IMG/VR virus record: IMGVR_UViG_3300044233_000745
Location: 1 to 47,337 of that record
Direction: 5' to 3' (one strand)
DNA length: 47,337 nucleotides
Source: a virus
Lineage: Duplodnaviria > Caudoviricetes
In this document: positions 1 to 8,838 of the stretch, piece after piece
Layout of the letters: each line of letters starts with the position of its first letter
Numbering within the stretch: position 1 is the stretch's first letter
Notes under the pieces: model-generated
Seen by the model: the letters and a program-made list of their open reading frames with translations, nothing else
Databases searched by the model: none
What the model was told of the DNA's origin: nothing
Translations under genes and position numbers: made by a program

Positions 1-339
1 AACAAACCCAATCTCAGTGATGTTATTCTTGATGATTGTCTCATCATCCCATGCTTCGCCAAGAGTAGGTTCGTCTTTACGATACTGTGCGATTGCTTCT
101 TCTAGGGATACTTCACGAGTTGAGACGATTGTCTCTCCAAGATGTTCTTGTGAAAACTCACGAGTTTCTTCACATACGACAGTATCAGATGCGTATACTT
201 CGGGTGTACACGGATACTTGCCCGCACAAGGCATTCCTTTGGAGCATACCCAAATTGGTTTTTCAACATCATCTGGTACTTCTACGACATACCGCACACG
301 GAACTGCGATATGGTATCAACCATTACATACTTAGGCAT
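1..339 (-). CDS. hypothetical phage protein (partial, runs off window end)
   Basis: Manual translation MPKYVMVDTISQFRVRYVVEVP... is open from ATG at 339 to position 1, with GGAG upstream; not in the ORF track. Confidence 0.75.
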   Translation of the reverse strand, partial: MPKYVMVDTISQFRVRYVVEVPDDVEKPIWVCSKGMPCAGKYPCTPEVYASDTVVCEETREFSQEHLGETIVSTREVSLEEAIAQYRKDEPTLGEAWDDETIIKNNITEIGFV

Positions 340-463
340 TACTTCGCTCCCACTCAACCCAAGACAATTCATCTATGTATGCGTCTTCCTCTAACGCATC
401 AATCTGCTTTTGCAAGAACTCAACCGTATCTTTCAACACGGCAACCAAATTAGAAGTCGGCAT
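332..463 (-). CDS. small hypothetical protein (43 aa, coiled-coil-like)
   Basis: Likely start MPTSNL at 463 with AAGGAGG upstream; overlaps both neighbours. Confidence 0.6.
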   Translation of the reverse strand: MPTSNLVAVLKDTVEFLQKQIDALEEDAYIDELSWVEWERSNA

Positions 464-668
464 AACCACCCTCCTTCTCGACAATGGCATATGCCTCCTC
501 ACGAGACAGGACTGTGAGTCCACGCTCTGCGATGTATTCTGGACCAATCCAGATCACCTCACAGTAACGACCAGTAGCACCTTGTGCGACTGCCGCAGCA
601 CCCTTCACAACAGAAGGATACTTGACCTTAGTAATGTCGCAAGAATCAACCCAAGTTTCAACGTACAT
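450..668 (-). CDS. hypothetical early protein
   Basis: 72-aa ORF with strong GAGGAG SD directly behind a sigma70-type promoter. Confidence 0.7.
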   Translation of the reverse strand: MYVETWVDSCDITKVKYPSVVKGAAAVAQGATGRYCEVIWIGPEYIAERGLTVLSREEAYAIVEKEGGYADF

Positions 669-697
669 AATGTAACTCCTCTCTCAACTACAGGTGT

Positions 698-726
698 AGT
701 ATCTCATAATCAGAAACCCATGTCAA
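698..726 (-). promoter_or_regulatory. sigma70-type early promoter TTGACA-17-GATACT (TGn extended -10)
   Basis: Read from sequence; AT-rich upstream element. Confidence 0.75.
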
Positions 727-747
727 CATTTTTTTGAAAAATATTTG

Positions 748-773
748 AAAAAAATGGGGTCTTTCGACCCCAT
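748..773 (-). terminator. intrinsic terminator
   Basis: ATGGGGTC-GAAA-GACCCCAT hairpin followed by a T run. Confidence 0.85.
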
Positions 774-778
774 CCCTC

Positions 779-874
779 CTATGCCTTTCCTTCAAGTTGT
801 TTCTCTAGTTTTTCGACCTTACGACTCAACTTGCGAATCATTTCTCTGAGATTATAGAAATCCCGTTCGGACAT
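779..874 (-). CDS. 31-aa small protein (MSERDFYNLREMIRKLSRKVEKLEKQLEGKA)
   Basis: GAGGAG SD, ends just before the terminator; below ORF-track cutoff. Confidence 0.65.
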   Translation of the reverse strand: MSERDFYNLREMIRKLSRKVEKLEKQLEGKA

Positions 875-913
875 AAGAACTCCTCTGTTGTTTTTTGAGA
901 ATGGGCGGTTGCC

Positions 914-1120
914 CTAAACACTTGCGTCTTCACTCAATTTAACTAGTTTAATATCCCCATTGTTTGTGCGTTCAACTCTTACATAATCATTCATAGATTC
1001 AATGATCGTAAATACTGAATCAACTGCTTGTTCTCTGCCAGTATTTTGACCAGATCGAAAGGAAAAGTAAGTGCACAGTGCTATTGCTCCAAAGAATAAA
1101 AACTCAGGTGGGACTATCAT
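914..1120 (-). CDS. small membrane protein
   Basis: N-terminal hydrophobic segment; overlaps the upstream gene. Confidence 0.65.
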   Translation of the reverse strand: MIVPPEFLFFGAIALCTYFSFRSGQNTGREQAVDSVFTIIESMNDYVRVERTNNGDIKLVKLSEDASV

Positions 1121-1700
1121 TTATAATTCTCTCCTCAAATGCATCATAAAACATACCTTGTACATTGTCGCACGATAAAGTCAATAATTGCAAAGGATCA
1201 TCTGTGCGAGGAAATAAAAAAGTAAACGTCACTTCACGATTATTTAGTGCAATATACTCCATATAGGCAACTCTATTTATATTATCTGCACGATTAGCAC
1301 GGGTTTCGGGTCCGTAACAATCAGTCCCATCATATACATTTGCCACACTCACATCATTATCTATTAGAAAATCAAAACCAAGACAGTACAATTCCTTGTG
1401 CCCCATCTTGATTGCTTCCTTCATAGCATTCATGCCCGCATTAGATCGACGACCTGTTGTTTCCTCAAAACATTCATTCCACCCTGGCACGATAAACCTC
1501 AATCTTGGGACTTTACATTCCCCCTTGTCTATTGCGTAGTTGATTTCTCCGATAATCTTATCATCTATAGCAACCAAGTAATCGGGCGTGAAATCTCTGT
1601 ATAGAGCATTGCACCCGAATATGGTTCCTTTATTCCGCAATGACTCAAGATTGAAACCTTTGCGTGATGTACCGTTGCCAATAATGTATGCTTTCACCAA
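1104..1700 (-). CDS. DUF115/MptE/sialyltransferase-like fold protein
   Basis: AYIIGNGTSR, GCNALYRDF.PDYLVAID and LYCLGFD motifs. Confidence 0.6.
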   Translation of the reverse strand: MVKAYIIGNGTSRKGFNLESLRNKGTIFGCNALYRDFTPDYLVAIDDKIIGEINYAIDKGECKVPRLRFIVPGWNECFEETTGRRSNAGMNAMKEAIKMGHKELYCLGFDFLIDNDVSVANVYDGTDCYGPETRANRADNINRVAYMEYIALNNREVTFTFLFPRTDDPLQLLTLSCDNVQGMFYDAFEERIINDSPT

Positions 1701-2140
1701 TCGTTTGCTCTTTGTGGAATATACTCTTTAATGACAGGCATTGAGATGCCTTTTGGTAATTGCTTGTTGACTGCTAGTAACAGCAACTCTGAATCATCTG
1801 GGTCAACTGACTCTAACATCTGCAAAAACAGTTGCTCTCTCTTAACTTGCTTAATTCCCTCGTTAAACGGCACATTGTTACCTGCACAGAAGTACAACAT
1901 CTTCTTTTTGTTGATGTCTTGTATCAACACATGCTGTAAGTCAGAACTCTTTTCCATCTTTTTAAATGGTGGGCGTGTGCTAGGAATCAACCAAGTGATG
2001 CGAGGATCACATATAAATGTCAGCAAGTCTTTGAGTGCAGGACTTGAATTATCTTTTAGAACTTGTACCTTTTCTGGTTTGGTTCTCTTTTTCCCCGCCT
2101 TATCTAAAATTTCAGCAAGACCTATTATATTTGCCATCAA
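1694..2140 (-). CDS. conserved T4-like phage hypothetical protein adjacent to rnh
   Basis: 148 aa with KREQLFLQMLE..DP.D motif; ATGA overlap with rnh. Confidence 0.7.
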   Translation of the reverse strand: MMANIIGLAEILDKAGKKRTKPEKVQVLKDNSSPALKDLLTFICDPRITWLIPSTRPPFKKMEKSSDLQHVLIQDINKKKMLYFCAGNNVPFNEGIKQVKREQLFLQMLESVDPDDSELLLLAVNKQLPKGISMPVIKEYIPQRANDW

Positions 2141-3003
2141 AATTCTCCGATGTGTTCCATAAGATTTTGTAGTCGGTGTTTGATAAAATAGTTCATGAGT
2201 TTTTCACGACCATTGCCTTTTGTTTCATATTGATTTAGCACCTCTTCCGAAATAGTATTCGGAACCATATCCAAGTCAACCAATTGCTCATTGCGTCGAT
2301 ATCCTCTTAACATCTTTTCATCACAAAATGATTCGGGATCAAGTGCTTGCCACTCTTCAATCTTTGTTGCTCGTATTGGTTTCTGTCTCTTATCTGAAAC
2401 AAAGCAGTCATCGTCCGACATAAAGTTCGGAATGCCATCACTCCTATCGCCCATTAGAATATGCTCACGTTTGAACTTTTCGGGGTTGTCTGTGCGGAGA
2501 AACTTATCTTGTGATGGTGACCACTGATCGACATTGACATACTTCTGCAACTGCATGAAGTCTTTGTCCGACGATAAAATCAAAATCTTCTCGTCATCTT
2601 CTCGTGCCAAGAATGAACCATGTACATTACAAATTGTGGCAATGATATCATCTGCTTCTGCACCATCAACACGAATCACTTTGTATGGGAAGTTCTCTTC
2701 CAGTTCATCACGAACCGCATGAAGTGTGTCAAATATAATTGTCCAATCAATACCACTCTGCTCACGCAACTTCTTGCGAGATGCTTTGTAGTATGGAAAC
2801 ACATCCTTACGCCAGTAGTGTGATGCGTCACAGCAAATCACTACCTCGCCATACTTGCCATTGAAACGATTCCGATAAGAACGTATCGTGTTGAGTACGA
2901 TATGACGCATCAAATCTTCAGTAACGTCCATACCGTACTTCTTGGAACCCACTTGTTGCATCAGGGATGAAATAATCACCTGACTTAAATCAACTAATAT
3001 CAT
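2137..3003 (-). CDS. rnh: T4-type RNase H (5'-3' exonuclease)
   Basis: MILVDLSQ start, YWRKDVFPYYKASR, EADDIIA, SSDKDF and GDRSDGIPN motifs. Confidence 0.95.
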   Translation of the reverse strand: MILVDLSQVIISSLMQQVGSKKYGMDVTEDLMRHIVLNTIRSYRNRFNGKYGEVVICCDASHYWRKDVFPYYKASRKKLREQSGIDWTIIFDTLHAVRDELEENFPYKVIRVDGAEADDIIATICNVHGSFLAREDDEKILILSSDKDFMQLQKYVNVDQWSPSQDKFLRTDNPEKFKREHILMGDRSDGIPNFMSDDDCFVSDKRQKPIRATKIEEWQALDPESFCDEKMLRGYRRNEQLVDLDMVPNTISEEVLNQYETKGNGREKLMNYFIKHRLQNLMEHIGEF

Positions 3004-3005
3004 AA

Positions 3006-3374
3006 CTACCCTGCTACTCTGACAGTCTTCCATCCCATTTGATGTTCTTGGAACTCACCGTAAAACATATCAACCCATGTTCCTGTCTTGAGGTAGGACT
3101 GAATGTTACGAATATATCCCTCACACTGATGATATTTTGCCTTCGCACCCTTGATATCATTACGCATCTCTGATTTGTATTTGGTCATCAGTGACTTCTG
3201 CGTCTTGATGTACTGTTTGCAGTTCTGCATTGACAGTGGATGATCCTCATCGAGTTGTAACACAGTTGAGTGAATAGTCTTGTATTCAGGTTCACCTTTT
3301 GCTGCTCTTGCTTTTGCAAGACGTTCACGCAACTCGTCACGTTGCTCTTCAGTCAGTTTGCGTTTCTTTGCCAT
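3006..3374 (-). CDS. conserved hypothetical protein
   Basis: Start MAKKRK with GGAG SD; basic N-terminus. Confidence 0.7.
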   Translation of the reverse strand: MAKKRKLTEEQRDELRERLAKARAAKGEPEYKTIHSTVLQLDEDHPLSMQNCKQYIKTQKSLMTKYKSEMRNDIKGAKAKYHQCEGYIRNIQSYLKTGTWVDMFYGEFQEHQMGWKTVRVAG

Positions 3375-3525
3375 TACGCATCTCCATTTCAAACAAGTCA
3401 TGATCTAAATCTGAGTTTACATTATAACCCATGTTAACCATCATGTCAAGTTTCTCTTGTTCCTCTTCAGATGCCTCTCTGCCACTGACCAACCATAAAG
3501 ACTCAAATAGTTCATATTTTGCCAT
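3349..3525 (-). CDS. 58-aa acidic hypothetical protein (MAKYELFESLWLVSG...)
   Basis: GGAG SD; fills the gap between the GT4 gene and the next gene; below ORF-track cutoff. Confidence 0.55.
   Translation of the reverse strand: MAKYELFESLWLVSGREASEEEQEKLDMMVNMGYNVNSDLDHDLFEMEMRNGKETQTD
3421..3449 (-). promoter_or_regulatory. perfect sigma70 promoter TTGACA-17-TATAAT
   Basis: Exact consensus upstream of the rnh operon. Confidence 0.8.
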
Positions 3526-4504
3526 CGAGGACTCCCTTCAGCAGTCCTTCCCATTGGGCGATTGTTAACTCCCAATTGTAGAAGTTGTCTACAAATATCT
3601 TCTGAATCCTCATGCGTTCTTGCATGTTTTGAATTTCTTTGATTGTGCCGTACAATGTGTTTGCAAACACGTTCGCATGAATCCGATTCTGTTCTGTCCA
3701 CGGATATATTAAACCAAACTTATTGACCGTCTCTGGTAATGCACCCATGTTCGGGCATACTACCGCACACCCCGCACTCATTGCTTCTAAAGCGGCAATA
3801 CATGATGTCTCTGGCCAAATGCTAGGATATGCAAAGATGTGTGCCCTCGTGAGTGCCTCCCGAACCACCTCGTTTGGTTGAAACCCGTGATAGGTCATGT
3901 TCGGATGCGCTTTAATTTTTTCAAACAGTGCCTCATATGGTTTGTCTCTTTGGTTCCACCCATAAATGGAGAATGATGAAAATACATCTAGATGAATATC
4001 AACGTCTGTCTGTTCAATCATCTGCTCAATCACAGGAACTAGAATCTCTAAACCTCGATGTGGTGTGGTGTGATAGATGAGTCTGATCGGACCATCAAAT
4101 TCTTTCTCGTGCTCTTCAATCGGTGTCACTGCATTAGTGATGACAACACCCTTCTGATATGGCACACCTAATCCCATGTTATACGTTTGCTGTTGGTGAT
4201 GCGATACAAACACCAATTGGTCAAACCGTTCCAAACTTTTAGGGTCTTTGAGGTGTTGACTTTCGGGGTCATCCCAAGTGTCGTGTAACCACAGAATGTT
4301 TTTCTTATTTGGGTCAATCTTACGCACTCGTGAACAGATGATGTGAAACTTATCCCGCAATTCAGGGTCAAGTCGATCCATCAATCCATGATACATGTTC
4401 TCTGTACCACCCTTACTGTTGGGTGCTGTGCCATTATCATTCAATCCATCGTCTGTACCAATTTTGAATGTATCGTCACCTGTCACTTTCAGTTGTGTTT
4501 TCAT
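3512..4504 (-). CDS. GT-B glycosyltransferase (GT4-like)
   Basis: YPSIWPETSCIAALEAMSAG (E-x7-E motif) and GALPE. Confidence 0.85.
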   Translation of the reverse strand: MKTQLKVTGDDTFKIGTDDGLNDNGTAPNSKGGTENMYHGLMDRLDPELRDKFHIICSRVRKIDPNKKNILWLHDTWDDPESQHLKDPKSLERFDQLVFVSHHQQQTYNMGLGVPYQKGVVITNAVTPIEEHEKEFDGPIRLIYHTTPHRGLEILVPVIEQMIEQTDVDIHLDVFSSFSIYGWNQRDKPYEALFEKIKAHPNMTYHGFQPNEVVREALTRAHIFAYPSIWPETSCIAALEAMSAGCAVVCPNMGALPETVNKFGLIYPWTEQNRIHANVFANTLYGTIKEIQNMQERMRIQKIFVDNFYNWELTIAQWEGLLKGVLDGKI

Positions 4505-5415
4505 TTTAGTTTGTCAAACCCCCGACCTGTTTTTGTATCATAACACCATTCCACGAATCCATTGATAAACTTACGATAGAGTTCGGTGTCAACTTCTTTA
4601 TTGACAATATTTTCATAGAGACAACGACCGTATGTACGAACAGGTTTCTCAAATAGAATTGCCTCGTATCCCGTACCTGAATTGATGACATGCACTTCCG
4701 AACAATCTTCCATCAAATCGTGTAGGTGTACATTCTCAATCCACGTTGCGTGTTCGTGTTTCAGTGTCTCTTTCTTGAGTTCAGACATTGAACCCGGATT
4801 GACAGGATGTCCTTTGACAACAATCTGCTTACCTTGTTCCTTTGCGTATTCAATCGACTGCTTGAGACCGTCAATTACTTCCACATCAGAATGATAGATG
4901 ATTGTTTCATCGTGCGGAATCTGACACACGAATAGGATAAATCCTGGGTCAAATAACTTTTGACCTTTCTCTGGTTGTAGATTCTCAAACTTTGTACCGC
5001 CACCTCTGATATGTTCCTTGAGGTCATCAAAGTGCGGTGCATCTACTTCACCTAACGTAAAGTGATTCCATACAGACGAACCACCCTCCCAACCCACGGG
5101 GTCAATACTGAACAACCACGGAAACACTGTCTGCATGTAATACCGAACCTTTGTGTCTCCCTCTACAAAGAAGTTGTTCTGTTGCTTGTGTGGTACATAC
5201 ACGATGTCAGCATCCATATACTGTACCATTTCAGGTGAGAACTGCCACAGTGGTCTTTCTATAATTAGTGCTTTTGGGTGCACCTTTGATAGATGCTCAA
5301 CAAAGTTGTGCCAATGTGTACGAATCGGTTGGATGTATCCTCGCCCTTCAGGGACGGGACCTTCCTTGAATGTCACATCTAGTCGTGGTTTGAGGATTAG
5401 TATTTTGTCTGCCAT
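4501..5415 (-). CDS. capsule-synthesis KpsS/KpsC-like GT-B glycosyltransferase
   Basis: QIPHD, VVKGHP and INSGTGYEAILFEKPV..YG...Y motifs. Confidence 0.7.
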   Translation of the reverse strand: MADKILILKPRLDVTFKEGPVPEGRGYIQPIRTHWHNFVEHLSKVHPKALIIERPLWQFSPEMVQYMDADIVYVPHKQQNNFFVEGDTKVRYYMQTVFPWLFSIDPVGWEGGSSVWNHFTLGEVDAPHFDDLKEHIRGGGTKFENLQPEKGQKLFDPGFILFVCQIPHDETIIYHSDVEVIDGLKQSIEYAKEQGKQIVVKGHPVNPGSMSELKKETLKHEHATWIENVHLHDLMEDCSEVHVINSGTGYEAILFEKPVRTYGRCLYENIVNKEVDTELYRKFINGFVEWCYDTKTGRGFDKLK

Positions 5416-6143
5416 ATCCTATCTCTTGCTCCATGAAAATATGAACCCCATGCTTCTTTTGCTTGCACATAAGTCATATTTTTGTGTTTTCTATCGCCCT
5501 TACCCGTCCAAATTGTTGAACCCTCGACAAACTCCCAATCCATAAAGTTTGAGGGAATACCATAAAATTCCAGTTTGTCTTTGTGTTTGTCGTGTGCCTC
5601 GTTGAGTGCTCGTTGATCTATGAACCACTGAAACGGACCTTTCGCAATATTTTGCCGAACATCTTGAGTGAACTCTCGTGCACCCTTGTTGACATACACC
5701 GCACCTGCCGCAATCTTAGAACCTTGCGTTTCCCATTCGCCCGTGTTTGCTAGTGGTTCACGGAAAAACAATCCAACATCAGCATCCCTAAACTGCGACC
5801 AATCAATTTCATTCATTACTAAACAGTCAGCGTCCAATACCAATGCTTCGCTCAACCCGTGTGCCATCAGTTCTGGCAGAATCATAAACCGTGCACAGGC
5901 ATAGTAAGTTCTTGAGTCAATACCACTCAAGTCTGTACGTTCAAACGAATAGGTGACTCCAATGTCTTCTTCAAGAACCATCGATAGTCCATGACACCCT
6001 CTGTCTGGGTTGACAACGTGTGCGTGTATCTGCTCACCCGCCCCGACCGCAGAGTATGCCAGTGGTACGAAATGCTCAACATAGTATTTCGCATCACATG
6101 CAACTAATAATGTTTTCCCTTGAGGGATCGTTCCACCAAACAT
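5397..6143 (-). CDS. GT-A nucleotide-diphospho-sugar transferase
   Basis: YYACARF, LVLDADCLV (DxD), AGAV and DQ.AL motifs. Confidence 0.7.
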   Translation of the reverse strand: MFGGTIPQGKTLLVACDAKYYVEHFVPLAYSAVGAGEQIHAHVVNPDRGCHGLSMVLEEDIGVTYSFERTDLSGIDSRTYYACARFMILPELMAHGLSEALVLDADCLVMNEIDWSQFRDADVGLFFREPLANTGEWETQGSKIAAGAVYVNKGAREFTQDVRQNIAKGPFQWFIDQRALNEAHDKHKDKLEFYGIPSNFMDWEFVEGSTIWTGKGDRKHKNMTYVQAKEAWGSYFHGARDRIWQTKY

Positions 6144-6144
6144 A

Positions 6145-6882
6145 TTATTTACCAATAATGTCGTATTGCCCATATGCGAGGTAATCCACATCGGGTTCTA
6201 GAGGTTTACATTTTGCATCATATGCTTCTTGAACTGTATCGTGATACAACTGAACTAGTTCAGGTCTCTTGTGTGCTTCTGGTTTGCCAGTAAACCAAGC
6301 AGGTTGCCACGGTTGCGATTCCATCCTCGTGTAGTGTAGATGCCACAGTTCATCCATCGGAGTATTGTCACCGTCCAGTGAGTTCCACTTTGGATGTAAT
6401 GGTTCTACCAAGTCGTGGTTGCCACTGAACTGCCTAATGTAACGTTGATGTGTTTCTGGTATTTTCTTCATGCGTTGTACAGGAATGAGATACTGTTGTG
6501 CCACCGCACAGTCAATCACCATCACACAGAACTCGTGCCCTCCAAACCGATTGCCGACTCGTGCCGCAAATGGTTTGCCATTGAGATTAATGTTGTAAAG
6601 TTCAGTGATATCTTTGAAGTTTAACATATCACAATCAGTATAGATTGCCTTACCCTCAAACCCACATGCTTCTGGGATTGCCCATCGATATCCTGAAAAC
6701 GGAGTTGACCAAGTGTGAGTCTTCCATCCACCCCAAATGCTCGTCAGATCAGGTGTCTGTCGCATCCATGTAATTTCAAGGTTACTTGAAGAATTCTTGC
6801 GTAGCGTATACTCATACGCCATCTCAATTTCTTTGTCCTCACCATTAGCACTTGTGCCAATAAACATTCTAATAGTTGACAT
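6145..6882 (-). CDS. GT-A (GT8-like) glycosyltransferase
   Basis: TPFS.YRW.IP...GFEGKAIYTDCDM (DxD), WNSLDG and HYT motifs. Confidence 0.75.
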   Translation of the reverse strand: MSTIRMFIGTSANGEDKEIEMAYEYTLRKNSSSNLEITWMRQTPDLTSIWGGWKTHTWSTPFSGYRWAIPEACGFEGKAIYTDCDMLNFKDITELYNINLNGKPFAARVGNRFGGHEFCVMVIDCAVAQQYLIPVQRMKKIPETHQRYIRQFSGNHDLVEPLHPKWNSLDGDNTPMDELWHLHYTRMESQPWQPAWFTGKPEAHKRPELVQLYHDTVQEAYDAKCKPLEPDVDYLAYGQYDIIGK

Positions 6883-6923
6883 TGAACTGTTTTTCTCCTA
6901 ATATTTCATTTGTAATTTATACT

Positions 6924-6952
6924 ATTATACATAAACTTCTGATCAATGTCAA
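6924..6952 (-). promoter_or_regulatory. perfect sigma70 promoter TTGACA-17-TATAAT for the glycosyltransferase operon (late-like TATAAATT follows at 6914-6921)
   Basis: Exact consensus read from sequence. Confidence 0.8.
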
Positions 6953-7374
6953 CTTTTTACAAGGTGTTTCCTATGAATTTTTGCACCGACGAATGCGTTG
7001 TAATATTCATCGGGTTTCAATAGAACATCATTTTCCACTTGATATTTTAATTCATAATAACTGAGTTCGCCTTTGGACTGACACAGTTTCAATATCTCAC
7101 GTTTGAAATTGTGTTTACCTGTTGATTCAACTAACTCTTTGACTTCTTCACTGGAACCATAATAATCTTTCCAATCGGACTCGACTCGCTTGGTTCGCTT
7201 GCGGGTCTTGCCCTTGAGGGGTGGGAGTTTGCGTACTGACCAGAAATTCTTCTTTCCAACATACTTTAGGTTGGTTGTCAAATTTGTAATCAGATACACA
7301 AACCCCTGTGCATCATCTATATTATTTGATTCAAATATCTTACCGTCTAGTGTCCAAGGATTCGTATAACTCAC
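6949..7374 (-). CDS. GIY-YIG endonuclease (T4 endonuclease II-like)
   Basis: GFVYLITN...YVGKK, YYGSS and conserved E and N of the GIY-YIG fold; catalytic domain only. Confidence 0.8.
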   Translation of the reverse strand: MSYTNPWTLDGKIFESNNIDDAQGFVYLITNLTTNLKYVGKKNFWSVRKLPPLKGKTRKRTKRVESDWKDYYGSSEEVKELVESTGKHNFKREILKLCQSKGELSYYELKYQVENDVLLKPDEYYNAFVGAKIHRKHLVKS

Positions 7375-7592
7375 TGATCATCTTCATTGTCATCTTCGTC
7401 TTCTATATAGTCACTAAAGTCATCCTCGTTTTCTGTAGTTCCTTCTTCTACCACGGAATCTGGTAGATCGGTCCCACAAAATGGGCAGTAAACGGGTTCT
7501 TCTGTTTCATCCTCATCATATGCTAATTCATACTCAGAGGCACAATCTGGGCATGTTACCTCTAATACTGTATATTCATCAGTATCTTTCAT
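7371..7592 (-). CDS. acidic zinc-ribbon protein
   Basis: CPDC...CPFC; very D/E-rich. Confidence 0.7.
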   Translation of the reverse strand: MKDTDEYTVLEVTCPDCASEYELAYDEDETEEPVYCPFCGTDLPDSVVEEGTTENEDDFSDYIEDEDDNEDDQ

Positions 7593-8830
7593 GCAGCGTA
7601 TGCCTCATCCCACGATCCTTTGAGTCCTGCTACCTCGTACTCTGTAACACGATTTTCAAAGAAGTTGGTGTGATCTGCACCGTTAAGCACCCACTCCAAC
7701 CAAGGTAACGGATTCTCTTTGACTTTAAAGTTTGTCTTGAGACCTAATTGAAGTAATCGTCTATCTGCAATATAACGAATATATTTTTTGACTTCTTCTT
7801 TAGATAGTCCCTCAATTTCTCCCATCTCGTATGCCAAATCAATAAACTTATCTTCTAATTCGACCGCTAAACTTGACATTTCATAAATTTCTGCTTTGAA
7901 TTCAGTATCTACGATGCGAGGATGTTCATTGCAGAACGAACGGAATAGTTTTGAGTTGCCCTCAACGTGCATTGACTCGTCACGAATTGACCACTCAACA
8001 ACCTTACCCATACCTTTCATCTTGCCAAACCGTTGGAAGTTCAACAACATGACAAACGAGGCAAACAATGCAACACCTTCGTTGAATACAGACTTTGCAA
8101 GTGCGAGTCCAAGACCACGTTGTGTAGAGGCATCAGAGTCCATCATGAACTCTACCTTGTCAACCATCTCTGTGTATTCTAAAAATGCATGGTATTCACT
8201 ATCTGGTAGTCCTAGTGTTTCATTGAGAAGTGCGTATGCTCTTTGATGTATTCCCTCACGAGCAGCAAATGAACCCAACATATTACGGACTTCATTGTTC
8301 TTGAACTTAGGAATAAATTGATCATAGTAATTTTGTCCTACTGCAACGTCTGACTGTGTGAACAATCGTAATACGTTAGTGATATAGTCCTTTTCTGTAG
8401 CAGTGACCTTACCACCTTTCCAATCAGTAACATCCTCACTCAAGTCAATTTCATCTTCAATCCAGTGTGCTTTCTCGTGACGGGTTGTGATTTCAGTTGC
8501 CCACGGGTAGTTAAATGGTTTATATGTCGTTGAAAACTCCATTAGTCCACCTGACTTCTTTTTCAGTAAAGTGTCTGCTTTTTGGACTAGTTGGTCATAC
8601 CCCCCAATGCGCTTACCCTCAATAAAAATTTGTGGCACAGAATTGACAGGACGACTTTCAGAACCTTTTGTCAAGTCCTCTTGTGCGCCATTGATCTTCT
8701 GATAAAACGCAAGTCGTTGTTCTTCATCATCCAATACGTTTTCTGTGTATGTAAATCCATGACTGCTGAACCATTCCTTTGTTTTAACGCAAAAAGGACA
8801 ATCTGACTTTGAGTAAATTGTAATATCCAT
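7589..8830 (-). CDS. nrdB: class Ia ribonucleotide reductase beta subunit with N-terminal glutaredoxin
   Basis: CPFC...SVPQIF...GGYD Grx domain, then the di-iron motifs FTQSD, EGIH, NEG and DESMH and the radical Tyr in QRAY. Confidence 0.93.
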   Translation of the reverse strand: MDITIYSKSDCPFCVKTKEWFSSHGFTYTENVLDDEEQRLAFYQKINGAQEDLTKGSESRPVNSVPQIFIEGKRIGGYDQLVQKADTLLKKKSGGLMEFSTTYKPFNYPWATEITTRHEKAHWIEDEIDLSEDVTDWKGGKVTATEKDYITNVLRLFTQSDVAVGQNYYDQFIPKFKNNEVRNMLGSFAAREGIHQRAYALLNETLGLPDSEYHAFLEYTEMVDKVEFMMDSDASTQRGLGLALAKSVFNEGVALFASFVMLLNFQRFGKMKGMGKVVEWSIRDESMHVEGNSKLFRSFCNEHPRIVDTEFKAEIYEMSSLAVELEDKFIDLAYEMGEIEGLSKEEVKKYIRYIADRRLLQLGLKTNFKVKENPLPWLEWVLNGADHTNFFENRVTEYEVAGLKGSWDEAYAA

Positions 8831-8838
8831 TGTTTCCC

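Noticed and set aside
903-914. GGGC-AACC-GCCC hairpin as a terminator
   Set aside because: Only a 4-bp stem and no T tract on the coding strand.
6949-7374. Mobile homing endonuclease
   Set aside because: Catalytic domain only, no DNA-binding extension, and not within an intron; more like endonuclease II.
7371-7592. LysW-like carrier protein
   Set aside because: An acidic zinc ribbon, but it lacks the C-terminal EDWGE motif.
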